Assembly (NCBI GenBank): GCA_944388795.1
Contig: CALXKD010000004.1
Coordinates: 9,633 to 73,632, forward strand
Reading direction: 5' to 3'
Origin: an uncultured Clostridia bacterium
GTDB taxonomy: Bacteria; Bacillota; Clostridia; TANB77; CAG-508
DNA: 64,000 nucleotides
Of this stretch, positions 18,260 through 28,360 are shown one piece after another. Below the pieces are notes generated by a model. It worked only from the letters and a program-made list of their open reading frames with translations. It searched no databases and was not told where the DNA came from. Each line of letters begins with the position of its first letter. The first letter of the stretch is position 1. Made by a program: the position numbers and the translations under genes.

Positions 18260-20776
18260 ATGATTATGAAAATAAGATATGTATTTTTAATTGCTATTAT
18301 GATGATTACTTTTGGCATATTATGTATGCCAAAAGTAAATGCTGCTGATGACGAAGGAAACTTAGTAATTGTATTGGATCCAGGACATGGAGGAAATGAT
18401 CCAGGAACATTAAATGCTGAATTAGGAATTAAAGAAGCAGAAGTTAATTATAAAATTGCAATATATACCAAAGAGGAATTAGAAAAATATGAAGGTGTAA
18501 AAGTATATTTAACAAGATATGCAAATAACCCAAGTATCTATGAGAGAGGAGAATTTGCTAAAAATTATCAAGCAGATTTAGTCGTAAGCCAACATATTAA
18601 TTCTGGAAGTAAAACGGCATCAGGAGCGGAAATTTGGGTAACACAAGATAATACCAAAGTAGAATTTTATGAAAAGAGCAAAGAGGTTGGAGAAAAAATA
18701 TTAAATAAATTAAGTGGATTGGGACTTGTAAACCATGGTGTATCAACTAAATCAGGAAAGCCAAATGAATGGTATGAAAGTGGAGTTGTAAAGGATTATT
18801 ATGGAATTATTCGTTATCCAATGAATTATGGGATTCGTTCTATTTTAGTAGAACACTGCTACATGAGCAATAATTCAGACTGTCTAAATTACATTAGCAA
18901 TGATGAGCAAATCAGAAGATTAGGCATAGCAGATGCCCAAGGAATTGTAGAAGCTTACCAATTAGAAAAAAAAGGAGAAGGAAAAGCACCTGTTAAATCT
19001 CTTGGATTAGATAAAGTAGAATTAAATTTAGAAATAACAGCATCTGATCCAGAACCAGTCAATTATATCTATCCAGTATTTACACCAAGTAATGCCTATA
19101 ATCAAGGAGTAGATTGGTATTCAAGTAATCCAGAAGTGGTAAGAGTATGGGATGGAAAAGTAAGAGGATTAAAAGAAGGAGAAGCAACTATTACAGCAAT
19201 TAGTCGAAATAATCAAAGAATAGCTAAAATTAAAGTGGTAGTAACAAAACCTTCAGTACCATTACAAAATATTAGCCTTGATAAACAAGAAATGATTCTA
19301 ATGATAGATGAAAAAAGTCGAATAAATGCTAATATCACACCAAGTAATGCAAGTGATCAGACATTATATTGGGAAGCATCTGATCCAGAAGTGATTAGAG
19401 TATGGGATGGAGATATCAGAGGATTAAAAGAAGGTAAATCTACTGTTAAAGTAACTTCAAGAGCAAGTGGAAAAACAGCAACTTGTGAAGTTATTGTAAG
19501 AGATCCTAATAAAGTTTATGTGGAAAGCATTAGTGTACCAAAAGAATATAGTGTGAATATAGATGAAGCAGTTGATATTCCAATTGAATTTACACCGGAA
19601 AATGCAGATAATGCAGAATTTGAATGGACGACAAATAATCCAGAAATTATTCGTGTATGGGGAAATCGTTTCCGTGCCCTAAAAGAAGGAGTAGCAGAAA
19701 TTACGGTAAGAACATTAGATGGAACAGTGGAAGAAAAGATAAAAGTTGTAGTTAAAGATCCAGATAAAAAATATGTAGAGGAAATTAAACTTGAAGCAAG
19801 TGAATATACTATTGCTACTAACCAACCAATTAATATTCCATTTGAATATACACCAAAAGATGCAGACAATGCGGAATTTGAGTGGACTGCAGAAAATCCG
19901 GAAATTGTAAGAGTATGGGGAAATCGTATTAGAGGATTACAAAAAGGAGAAACAGAAGTTACAGTAAAAACGTTAGATGGAACGGTAGAAGCAAAATTAA
20001 AAGTTATTGTAACAGATCCTGTAAAAGTAGATGATATTATATTAGAACAAACAGAATATACAATTAATGTAGATGAGGCAGTAGATGTTCCTTTTACATT
20101 TACACCAGATTATGCAATTAATGCAGAATTTGAATGGACAACGGAAAATCCAGAAATCGTAAGAGTTTGGGGAAATCGTTTTAGAGGATTGAAAAAAGGA
20201 GAAGCTACAGTTATTGTAAAAACATTAGATGGAACTGTTGAAAGAAAGATAAAAGTAATAGTTAAAGATCCACAAAAAGTAGAAGACATTTTACTAAATC
20301 AGACAGAATACACTATTTATGAAAATCAAGCAGTAGATATTCCATTTGATTTTACTCCTGCAAATGCAATAAATGCAGAGTTTGAATGGACTGTAGAAGA
20401 CCCAGAAATTGTAAGAGTATGGGGAAATCGTATCAGAGGATTAAAGCAAGGAAAAACAGAAGTCATTGTAAGAACATTAGATGGAACTGTTGAAAAAAGA
20501 ATTCCAGTAACAGTAAAAAAGGGAGTAAATGTACAAGATATTACCTTAGAACAAACAGAATATACTGTAAAAGTGAATGAAGCAATTGACATTCCATTTG
20601 AATATGCACCAGATTATGCGATTAATGCAGAGTTTGAATGGCTTACTGATAATGAAGAAGTTATGCGTGTCTGGGGAAATCGTTTCCGTGCTTTAAAAGA
20701 AGGAACAGCAAAAGTTATTGTAAGAACATTAGATGGAAGTATTGAAAAACAAATTAATGTCACTGTAACAAAATAA
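18260..20776 (+). CDS. N-acetylmuramoyl-L-alanine amidase (Amidase_3) + 7 Big_2 repeats
   Basis: RBS AAGAGGGGG. Signal peptide ending VNA. LVIVLDPGHGGNDPG, SQHINSG and VEHCYMSN are Amidase_3 zinc-site motifs. Seven Big_2 units share the same RVWGNR(F/I)R motif as the upstream gene. Confidence 0.88.
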   Translation: MIMKIRYVFLIAIMMITFGILCMPKVNAADDEGNLVIVLDPGHGGNDPGTLNAELGIKEAEVNYKIAIYTKEELEKYEGVKVYLTRYANNPSIYERGEFAKNYQADLVVSQHINSGSKTASGAEIWVTQDNTKVEFYEKSKEVGEKILNKLSGLGLVNHGVSTKSGKPNEWYESGVVKDYYGIIRYPMNYGIRSILVEHCYMSNNSDCLNYISNDEQIRRLGIADAQGIVEAYQLEKKGEGKAPVKSLGLDKVELNLEITASDPEPVNYIYPVFTPSNAYNQGVDWYSSNPEVVRVWDGKVRGLKEGEATITAISRNNQRIAKIKVVVTKPSVPLQNISLDKQEMILMIDEKSRINANITPSNASDQTLYWEASDPEVIRVWDGDIRGLKEGKSTVKVTSRASGKTATCEVIVRDPNKVYVESISVPKEYSVNIDEAVDIPIEFTPENADNAEFEWTTNNPEIIRVWGNRFRALKEGVAEITVRTLDGTVEEKIKVVVKDPDKKYVEEIKLEASEYTIATNQPINIPFEYTPKDADNAEFEWTAENPEIVRVWGNRIRGLQKGETEVTVKTLDGTVEAKLKVIVTDPVKVDDIILEQTEYTINVDEAVDVPFTFTPDYAINAEFEWTTENPEIVRVWGNRFRGLKKGEATVIVKTLDGTVERKIKVIVKDPQKVEDILLNQTEYTIYENQAVDIPFDFTPANAINAEFEWTVEDPEIVRVWGNRIRGLKQGKTEVIVRTLDGTVEKRIPVTVKKGVNVQDITLEQTEYTVKVNEAIDIPFEYAPDYAINAEFEWLTDNEEVMRVWGNRFRALKEGTAKVIVRTLDGSIEKQINVTVTK
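18992..20773 (+). repeat. Tandem coding repeat array, 7 Big_2 units
   Basis: Same ~255-nt periodic unit as 16450-18249. The units share long stretches of nucleotide identity between the two genes. Confidence 0.85.
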
Positions 20777-20804
20777 GAACCTTGTTGTCTGTAACAATAA
20801 AAAT

Positions 20805-20848
20805 AAAACTCTTAAAATGCATTAGCATTTTAGGAGTTTTGTTTTTTA
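20805..20848 (+). terminator. Rho-independent terminator
   Basis: aaaactcttaaaatgc atta gcattttaggagtttt gtttttt: 16-bp stem with one G:U pair, followed by a T-run. Confidence 0.85.
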
Positions 20849-20929
20849 TTTAAAAAAAATCAGAACAAAAGTTATGGCTTAAATTAACATAAATAGAAAA
20901 AAATATCGATAGAAAAAAGAGTAAGTTTC

Positions 20930-20958
20930 TTGACAAAAATTAGCATTAAATATATAAT
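20930..20958 (+). promoter_or_regulatory. SigmaA-type promoter of the glycopolymer locus
   Basis: TTGACA (20930-20935), 17-nt spacer, TATAAT (20953-20958). Confidence 0.7.
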
Positions 20959-20985
20959 CAAGAAAAATGAAAAAGGGGCATTTTC

Positions 20986-22074
20986 ATGGAAAAAGTAAAG
21001 GTTTTATTATATGTGTATGCGGCAATTAATTTAGGAGATAATTTATTTGTTTATACATTATTAAAAAGATATCCTGAAGTCGATTTTTATATACAAGTAG
21101 AGGATAAAGCATATCAGAAAATATATGAAAAGTTTTCAAATATTCATTTCTTAAATGAGCCAAGAAATGTAGGAATTGTAAAGGTAAAAGATTATGATGC
21201 AATTATCTATGTTGGAGGTTCCATTTTTATGGAGTCTGAATATGCATTTCATGAAATGAGTGAGTTCAACTATTTAATTAATCAAGGAATAGGACAAGGA
21301 AAGCCATTTTTTTATATGTCTTCTAACTTTGGACCATATAAAACACAAGAGTATCTGGAAAAAGCAAGAGAAAATTTTGCAATTAGCAAAGTTTGTTTCC
21401 GTGATAAAGAATCTTATGAACTATTTCAGGATTTAAAAACAGTTAGCTATGCTCCAGATTTGGCATTTTCTCTAAAGATTCCAAAAGTAGAAAAGAAAAA
21501 AAAGACAATTGGAATTTCTGTGATTAACTTAGAAAAAAGAGAAGATTTAAAAGATAAAATACAAATTTATGAAGAATTAATTAGAAAGACTATCATTCAG
21601 TTTGCTAAAAGAAATTACCAAGTAAAATTATTTTCTTTTTCGCAATTTGAAACAGACGATAAAGCAATCGAAAGAATTCAAAAAAGTGTGCCAAAGGAAT
21701 ATCAAGAAAAAGTAACAGCCAGATATTTTGACGGAGATATAGATTCTTACTTAGAGGATTATGCGAAAATGGAATATATGGTATGTACTAGATTCCATTC
21801 AATGATTTTATCCATTTTAAGCGATCAAAAGATTTATAATATCACCTATAGTAAGAAACAGGATAATGTGATTTTGGATACTGGTCTATTCAGGCGTTAT
21901 CAAAGAATAAAAGACTTAGAACCTAACATGAAAATTAGAAAATTTTATTTTAAAAAACCTTCAAAAAGAAAGGTGAAAAAGATTATTATAGAATCACAAA
22001 AACAATTTGAAAATTTAGAAAATGTGATTCGCCAAAAAGCAGAAAAGAGTAATGATAGAAAGGAAGAAAAATGA
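20986..22074 (+). CDS. Polysaccharide pyruvyl transferase family protein (putative)
   Basis: The N-terminus VLLYVYAAINLGDNLFVYTLLKRYP and IIYVGGSIF resemble the PS_pyruv_trans family. Position at the head of a glycopolymer locus fits. Assignment is from motif memory only. Confidence 0.5.
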   Translation: MEKVKVLLYVYAAINLGDNLFVYTLLKRYPEVDFYIQVEDKAYQKIYEKFSNIHFLNEPRNVGIVKVKDYDAIIYVGGSIFMESEYAFHEMSEFNYLINQGIGQGKPFFYMSSNFGPYKTQEYLEKARENFAISKVCFRDKESYELFQDLKTVSYAPDLAFSLKIPKVEKKKKTIGISVINLEKREDLKDKIQIYEELIRKTIIQFAKRNYQVKLFSFSQFETDDKAIERIQKSVPKEYQEKVTARYFDGDIDSYLEDYAKMEYMVCTRFHSMILSILSDQKIYNITYSKKQDNVILDTGLFRRYQRIKDLEPNMKIRKFYFKKPSKRKVKKIIIESQKQFENLENVIRQKAEKSNDRKEEK

Positions 22075-22817
22075 AAGAAGAACAAGAAGAATATAGTATT
22101 ATAATAAAAGATGTCTATAAATCATTTAATGTTTATTATGATAAAGCAAATACCATAAAAGAAAAAATACTATTTTTATTTTCAAGAAATAAAAAAGAAA
22201 AGAGAACTGTTCTAGAAGGAATAAATGCTAAAATCAAAAGAGGAGAAGTAGTAGCTTTAATTGGAACAAACGGAAGTGGAAAATCAACTTTATTAAAGTT
22301 ATTAACGAAAATTATTTATCCAAATAAAGGAACTATTGAAACCAGAGGAAAATTAACTTCTCTTTTAGAATTGGGAGCAGGATTTCATCCGGATTTTTCA
22401 GGAAGAGAGAATATTTATTTTAATGCATCTATTTTCGGATTAACAAAAAAAGAAATTGATAGAAGGTTAGATGATATTATCGAATTTTCAGAATTAGGAA
22501 AATTTATCGATAATCCTGTTAGAACCTATTCGTCTGGAATGTATATGAGATTAGCATTTTCTGTTGCAATCAATGTAGATGCAGATATTTTATTAATTGA
22601 CGAAATTTTATCAGTTGGAGATGAACATTTCCAAAATAAATGTTTTGAAAAAATGTTAGAATTAAAAGGGGAAGGAAAAACTATGGTATTTGTTACGCAT
22701 AGTATGGGAGCAGTAGAAAGACTTTGTGATAGAACAATATGGCTTTCTAATGGAAAAATCAAATTAGATGGAAAAACAAAGGAAGTTGTTCCAAAATATA
22801 TTGCGGAAACAAGATGA
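22071..22817 (+). CDS. Teichoic acid/polysaccharide export ABC transporter ATP-binding protein (TagH/Wzt-like)
   Basis: Walker A GTNGSGKST, ELGAGFHPDFSGRENIY, signature YSSGMYMRLAF, Walker B LLIDEILSVGD. Overlaps the upstream stop by 4 nt. Confidence 0.88.
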   Translation: MKEEQEEYSIIIKDVYKSFNVYYDKANTIKEKILFLFSRNKKEKRTVLEGINAKIKRGEVVALIGTNGSGKSTLLKLLTKIIYPNKGTIETRGKLTSLLELGAGFHPDFSGRENIYFNASIFGLTKKEIDRRLDDIIEFSELGKFIDNPVRTYSSGMYMRLAFSVAINVDADILLIDEILSVGDEHFQNKCFEKMLELKGEGKTMVFVTHSMGAVERLCDRTIWLSNGKIKLDGKTKEVVPKYIAETR

Positions 22818-22833
22818 AGAAAGGATTGTAGGA

Positions 22834-25122
22834 ATGAAAGTAGATTATAGTTTATTTCCAGGAAGAAAAATAGAAAAAGAAGAATATGAAGAAAAAGAAC
22901 CAATTTTTACAGTTATCACACCATATTACAATGCTAGTAAATATATTGATACTACAATGAAATCATTACTAAATCAAACATTTCCTTATTGGGAATGGAT
23001 TATAACAGATGATGGTTGTAAAGATCAAAAAGAGTTAGAAAAACTAAAAGAAATTGAAAAACAAGATAAAAGAATTAAAGTGGTTCATAAAGAAAATGAA
23101 GGACCAGCAGCAGCAAGAGATTATGCTGCAAAATTTGCTAGTAAATTAAGTAAATATATTGTTTTATTAGATACGGATGATATGATTAATAAAACTTACT
23201 TAGAATGTGTTTATTGGACTTTAGAAACTAATCAAGGAGCAACTTGGGCATATTGCGATTCTATCAATTTTGATGGGAATGAATTTACTTGGACCAAATG
23301 GTTTCAACCAAGAAAAATGTTAAAAGAAAACTTGTTAGTAATAACAGGAGTCATTAGAAAAGATGCTTTTTTCAAAGTTGGTGGATTTGGATTTAAAGAA
23401 AAGAAAATCTATGAAGATTGGTGTTTATGGCTAAAATTAATGAGAGAAGGAATGTATCCAGTAAGAATGAGCTTTTATGGTTGTTGGTACAGACAAAAAC
23501 CATTAGAAGAAAGTCAATTAAGACAATCTAACACTGAAAATAAAGAAAGAGCTATGTACTTAGTTAATCAAATAGTAGATACGATAGAAGAAACAAAACC
23601 AGCCATTCAATATCCAAAAGAAGATTATAATTGGGAAGAAATTACAGAAGAAAAAGAGGAAATTATCATCCCAAAAATAAAAAATAAGCAAAAGAAACAA
23701 ATTTTAATGATGATTCCATGGATGACAACTGGAGGAGCAGATAAATTTAACTTAGATATTATAAAAAGAATGAACCATGAAAAATATGAGTTTACAATTC
23801 TTACAACAGAACCAAATGCAAATGATTGGAGGCAAGACTTTGAGGAATATGCAACAGTTTATGATTTAACAAGCTTTTTAGATCGCAAATATTGGACAAG
23901 TTTTGTAAACTATATTATCCAAAAGAAAAAAATAGATTTGATTTTCAATACAAATAGCCAATATGGATATGCAATCTTACCTTATTTAAAAGTAAAGTAT
24001 CCTACTATACCAATTATTGATTATATTCATATGGAAGAATGGTATTGGAGAAATGGAGGATATTCAAGAGATTCTAGTAGCATTGCTTCTGTGATTGATA
24101 AAACGTATATTTGTAACAAAAATAGTGAAAAAATACTAGTTGATTATTTTAAACGAAATCCAAAAGACGTAGAAACAATGTATATTGGTGTAGATGAAAA
24201 GGTTTTTGATCCCAATAAGTTTGATAAGAAATCTTGCTTAGAAGACTTAAAGATTAATAAAGATGGAAAATTTATTATTAGTTATATTTGCCGAATTGCA
24301 GAACAAAAAAGACCATATTTACTATTGGAAATTATAAAAAGACTGCAGGAGAGAAGAAAAGATGTTTTATTTGTAATTGCAGGGGATGGACCATTTTTAG
24401 CAGAGATGAAGAAAAAAGCCAAAAGTTATAAAATAATAGACAATATGGTATTTTTAGGAAATGTAAAAGATACTAGTAAAGTTTATGCTATCAGCGATAT
24501 AACAATTAACTGTTCAATTAAAGAAGGATTGGCTTTAACTGCTTATGAATCATTAGCAATGGGAGTTCCTGTCATTTCATCAGATGTAGGAGGACAAAAA
24601 GAATTAGTCAACGAAAAAGTAGGCGTCATTGTTCCTTGTATGCAAAAAGAAGAAGATATTTTTAATTTTGATTATCAAGAACAAGAGATTATGCCTTATG
24701 TAGAAGGCATTGAAAAAATATTAAATAATTTAGAAGAATATAAAAAAGAAGCAAGAAAAAGAATTTTAAATGGATTTACGATTGACAATATGATTGAAAA
24801 TATGGAAGAGGCATTTGAAAAAACAATCGAAAATCCAAATCAAGATAAAATAAATAGTGCCCAAAATATGCAAGAACATATAGATATTTGCAAAGAATTA
24901 ATTACGAAATATTTTATAGCGTCAAGTCCAGATTATGATTGGTTAGCAAAAGAATTTAACCGTAAAAATGTTGATCGTGATTGGAAATTTGACAAAGAAG
25001 AAAATAAAAGAATGTACTATGAAAGAACATTAGAATATAAGATAAAACATCCATTTTATGTTTTATTAAATAAATTACATATCTATGAAAAATTGAAAAA
25101 AATAATAAAAAGAGGAGAATAA
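22834..25122 (+). CDS. Bifunctional glycosyltransferase (GT2 N-terminal domain + GT4/GT1-type C-terminal domain)
   Basis: Start at ATG 22834, just after the tagH-like stop. FTVITPYYNASKYI...ITDDGCKD...LDTDD is the GT2 signature. The C-terminal half has FLGNV...INCSIKEGLALTAYESLAMGVPVISSDVGGQKELV, the GT4 EX7E region. Confidence 0.8.
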   Translation: MKVDYSLFPGRKIEKEEYEEKEPIFTVITPYYNASKYIDTTMKSLLNQTFPYWEWIITDDGCKDQKELEKLKEIEKQDKRIKVVHKENEGPAAARDYAAKFASKLSKYIVLLDTDDMINKTYLECVYWTLETNQGATWAYCDSINFDGNEFTWTKWFQPRKMLKENLLVITGVIRKDAFFKVGGFGFKEKKIYEDWCLWLKLMREGMYPVRMSFYGCWYRQKPLEESQLRQSNTENKERAMYLVNQIVDTIEETKPAIQYPKEDYNWEEITEEKEEIIIPKIKNKQKKQILMMIPWMTTGGADKFNLDIIKRMNHEKYEFTILTTEPNANDWRQDFEEYATVYDLTSFLDRKYWTSFVNYIIQKKKIDLIFNTNSQYGYAILPYLKVKYPTIPIIDYIHMEEWYWRNGGYSRDSSSIASVIDKTYICNKNSEKILVDYFKRNPKDVETMYIGVDEKVFDPNKFDKKSCLEDLKINKDGKFIISYICRIAEQKRPYLLLEIIKRLQERRKDVLFVIAGDGPFLAEMKKKAKSYKIIDNMVFLGNVKDTSKVYAISDITINCSIKEGLALTAYESLAMGVPVISSDVGGQKELVNEKVGVIVPCMQKEEDIFNFDYQEQEIMPYVEGIEKILNNLEEYKKEARKRILNGFTIDNMIENMEEAFEKTIENPNQDKINSAQNMQEHIDICKELITKYFIASSPDYDWLAKEFNRKNVDRDWKFDKEENKRMYYERTLEYKIKHPFYVLLNKLHIYEKLKKIIKRGE

Positions 25123-25125
25123 CAG

Positions 25126-25902
25126 ATGACTAGCGTCTTTAAGAATTTATACAATTATCGAGAATTATTAAAAACAAATATAAAAAAAGAAGTACGAGGA
25201 AAATATAAAAATTCATTTCTTGGTGTATTATGGTCTTTTTTAAATCCACTATTACAAATTGTAGTATATGCCATAGTATTCCAATTGATTTTAAAAAATC
25301 CACAAGAAAATTATGCGATTTTTATTTGTTGTGGATTAATTCCTTGGACATACTTTTCTTCTGCCATTTCAAGATCTGCTTTTACAATGGTGGAAAATGG
25401 AAATATCTTAAAAAAGGTATATTTTCCAAGAGAAATACTTCCTATTTCTATAGTAACTAGTGAAACCGTTAATTTTTTGATTTCAACAGTTATTATACTT
25501 GGGTTTGTTATTTTTGGGGGATTAGGAATTAGTAAATATATTATTTTTTATCCACTAGTTTTACTTGCACAATACTTATTATTAATTGCAATTTCTTTTA
25601 TTGTATCTAGTATTTCTGTTTATATAAGAGATTTGCAACATTTAATTGGAGTGGCATTACAATTACTTTTTTATGCGGCACCAATCGTTTATTCACCAGA
25701 AGTAATTCCGCCAGAATACCAATGGATATTAACCTTAAATCCAATGGCATATATTATTAATGGATATCGTGATATTTTCTATTATCAAACGATGCCAGAT
25801 ATTACATCTATAATTGGTTTAATTGCCATATCAATTGTGTTGTGTGTAATCGGATATATGATATTTAATAAATTACAAAAAGGATTTGCAGAAGAATTGT
25901 AG
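25126..25902 (+). CDS. ABC-2 type polysaccharide/teichoic acid export permease (TagG/Wzm-like)
   Basis: 258 aa with six TM segments. N-terminus YRELLKTNIKKEVRGKYKNSFLGVLWSFLNPLLQ is typical of the ABC-2 family. Partner of the TagH-like ATPase. Confidence 0.85.
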   Translation: MTSVFKNLYNYRELLKTNIKKEVRGKYKNSFLGVLWSFLNPLLQIVVYAIVFQLILKNPQENYAIFICCGLIPWTYFSSAISRSAFTMVENGNILKKVYFPREILPISIVTSETVNFLISTVIILGFVIFGGLGISKYIIFYPLVLLAQYLLLIAISFIVSSISVYIRDLQHLIGVALQLLFYAAPIVYSPEVIPPEYQWILTLNPMAYIINGYRDIFYYQTMPDITSIIGLIAISIVLCVIGYMIFNKLQKGFAEEL

Positions 25903-25910
25903 GAGGAAAA

Positions 25911-27392
25911 ATGGAAACATTAAAAGAATCAATCAAAAGAATAGTAACAGACAAAAAACTATATATATTTACAATTTTTACTTTATTGTTTTTTGGAATT
26001 TATTGTGTAATGCAATATGCCCCAGATACCTATAGTGTATTTACAAATACGCCAAGACAAAATTTAGACCACTTTTTTTCTTGTGGTAGATTAGTAACAG
26101 GTCTTTTCTTATATGGAACAATGGGAATTTTAGAATTGAATGCGACTACTGTTTATATGATTTCTTATGGATTAGCCATTATTTGTACGATTGCGAGTTT
26201 ATATAAAATTGATAAGATTTTTGCTGAGGACATCAAAGACACTAAACTTAGTATATTAGTATCTTTACTAATTATTATCAATGTTTTTTCAATTGAACTA
26301 TTTGTCTATGTTGAAAAAGGATTTTTAATGTTATCTGTTCTATTATGTGTTTTAGCAGTAGAGCAAATAAAAAAGTTTCTAGAGGGAAAGAAAATAGCAT
26401 TTTTTTGGGCATTGATTTTTATGTTGATTGCTAATTGTTGTTACCAAGGAACTGTTGGACTAGTTGTAGCTGTTGGAATGTTATATATTATAAAATATTC
26501 AAAAAATGTAAAAGAATTTATCAAAAACAATATCTTAGTAGCACTTGTATATGGAATACCAGCAATTTTAAATTTTATTATGGTAAGATTTCTTTTTACC
26601 AATTCTCGTGTAAAGGGAGACATTATCCTTACTGAGTCATTGAAAAAGATTTATGAAGGAACAAAAAGTATGATTTTTGCAAATTATGATTTATTGCCTA
26701 AATACCTATTTGCAATTATCTTACTAGGGTTAGTTGTATTTCTAATTTATCAAATAATAAAAAAGGCAGAAAGTATAAAAACAAAAATTCTAGAAATATT
26801 AGGAATTTTCTATATCATAATAGGAACTGTTTTTGTTACTATTACACCACAAATTATGCAGGATACCAATTCTATTTGGTTTGTTGCTAGAAGTTCTTAT
26901 CCAGTTGCATCTTTAATTGGCATTTTATTAATTTATGCAACAATGAGAATTGAAATTAGGAAAATGACAAAAATAGGAATCTTAATGATAGCTACTATAT
27001 TTTTAGGAATTCAATTTGTTTCATTTATGAGATATAATATTGATAATTATATTGTAAATGGAATCGATAGACAAAATGTAGAACAGATTCAAGCTAAAAT
27101 TTTGGAATATGAAGAAAAAACGGGAAAACAAATTACCAAAATAGCATTTTATGAAGATAAAATGCCAAATTATACATATCCGAATATGAAAGCAACTGGA
27201 GATATGAATCTAAAAGCTTTATATAAAGATTGGTCAGCTTTAAGAGTGATCAGATATTATACAGGAAGAAATTTGGAACAAATTGAAAAAAATGAAGAAA
27301 TTCAAAAAGAATTTAAAGAAAAAAATTGGAATTATTATAATGATGAACAATTAATTTTTGAAGATGATGTATTACATTTATGCAATTTCTAA
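25911..27392 (+). CDS. Polytopic membrane protein, GtrII-like/GT-C-like candidate
   Basis: 493 aa: ~11 TM segments, then a soluble C-terminal ~110 aa. Lies directly upstream of the GtrB-like and GtrA genes. Function inferred from context only. Confidence 0.4.
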   Translation: METLKESIKRIVTDKKLYIFTIFTLLFFGIYCVMQYAPDTYSVFTNTPRQNLDHFFSCGRLVTGLFLYGTMGILELNATTVYMISYGLAIICTIASLYKIDKIFAEDIKDTKLSILVSLLIIINVFSIELFVYVEKGFLMLSVLLCVLAVEQIKKFLEGKKIAFFWALIFMLIANCCYQGTVGLVVAVGMLYIIKYSKNVKEFIKNNILVALVYGIPAILNFIMVRFLFTNSRVKGDIILTESLKKIYEGTKSMIFANYDLLPKYLFAIILLGLVVFLIYQIIKKAESIKTKILEILGIFYIIIGTVFVTITPQIMQDTNSIWFVARSSYPVASLIGILLIYATMRIEIRKMTKIGILMIATIFLGIQFVSFMRYNIDNYIVNGIDRQNVEQIQAKILEYEEKTGKQITKIAFYEDKMPNYTYPNMKATGDMNLKALYKDWSALRVIRYYTGRNLEQIEKNEEIQKEFKEKNWNYYNDEQLIFEDDVLHLCNF

Positions 27393-27410
27393 AAGAAAGG
27401 AAGAAAAAAG

Positions 27411-28343
27411 ATGCAAAAAATATCTATCATTGTTCCATGTTACAATGAGGAAGAAGTAATAGAACTATTTAATGAAGAAATTCATAATAAAGTAATTGAG
27501 AAAATAAAAAATGAATTTGAATATGAAGTTTTATTTATTGATGATGGGAGCAAAGATAAAACTTTAAGTAAATTAAAAGAGATGAAAAAGAAAGATGAAA
27601 ATATCCGTATCATTAGTTTTTCAAGGAATTTTGGCAAAGAATCAGCAATGTATGCAGGATTAGAAAATTGTCAAGGAGATTTGGTCGTAATTATGGATGC
27701 TGATTTACAGCATCCACCAGAAAAAATATTGGAAATGATAGAAGGAATTAAAGAAGGTTTTGATGTTGTAACAACTGTTAGAAAAGATAGAAAAGGAGAA
27801 TCTAAAATTAGAAATTTACTTTCTAGACAGTTTTATCGAATTATGCATGGAAGTAGTAAAGTTGAAGTAAAACAAGGTGCACAAGATTTTCGAATGATGA
27901 AAAGACAAGTAGTAGATGCTATTTTAGAGCTAAAAGAATATAATCGTTTTTCTAAAGGAATCTTTTCTTGGGTTGGATTTGATACAAAATACATTGAGGT
28001 TACAAATCATGAAAGAGCGGCAGGAAAATCAAAATGGAATTTTTTCAGTCTATTTCGCTATGCAAAAGAAGGAATTATTTCATTCTCAACAATGCCACTT
28101 AAAATATCAATTATTGCTGGACTTATTATTTCAGCTATTGCCATCATATTAGGAATACAAGTTTTAATACAAACTTTATATCAAGGACAAGACGTGCCAG
28201 GATATGCTTCAACCATTATATCTGTTCTATTTATAGGAGGTGTTCAGTTGATTTCTATTGGAATTCTTTCTGAATATATTGCCAAAATGTATATGGAAAT
28301 TAAGAACAGACCGAAGTATATTATAAAAGATAAAATTGATTAA
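27411..28343 (+). CDS. GT2 polyprenyl-phosphate glycosyltransferase (GtrB/CsbB-like)
   Basis: ISIIVPCYNEEE, FIDDGSKD, FSRNFGKESA and VIMDADLQHPP, plus two C-terminal TM helices. This is the architecture of the GtrB/CsbB/DPM1-like family. Confidence 0.88.
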   Translation: MQKISIIVPCYNEEEVIELFNEEIHNKVIEKIKNEFEYEVLFIDDGSKDKTLSKLKEMKKKDENIRIISFSRNFGKESAMYAGLENCQGDLVVIMDADLQHPPEKILEMIEGIKEGFDVVTTVRKDRKGESKIRNLLSRQFYRIMHGSSKVEVKQGAQDFRMMKRQVVDAILELKEYNRFSKGIFSWVGFDTKYIEVTNHERAAGKSKWNFFSLFRYAKEGIISFSTMPLKISIIAGLIISAIAIILGIQVLIQTLYQGQDVPGYASTIISVLFIGGVQLISIGILSEYIAKMYMEIKNRPKYIIKDKID

Positions 28344-28360
28344 ATGAAAAGAGGAATGAA

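Noticed and set aside
19516-19869. 117-aa minus-strand ORF. Similar antisense ORFs lie at 16365-16646, 17307-17492, 20326-20592, 22526-22903, 4738-5342, 5270-6073 and 58380-58966.
   Set aside because: All are antisense to strongly supported genes and lack start contexts. Long antisense ORFs are expected in AT-rich coding DNA.
16450-20773. Regular ~255-nt periodicity that could suggest a CRISPR-like or satellite array
   Set aside because: The period lies entirely inside two long open reading frames and translates to Big_2 Ig-like domains. There are no short unique spacers between short repeats.
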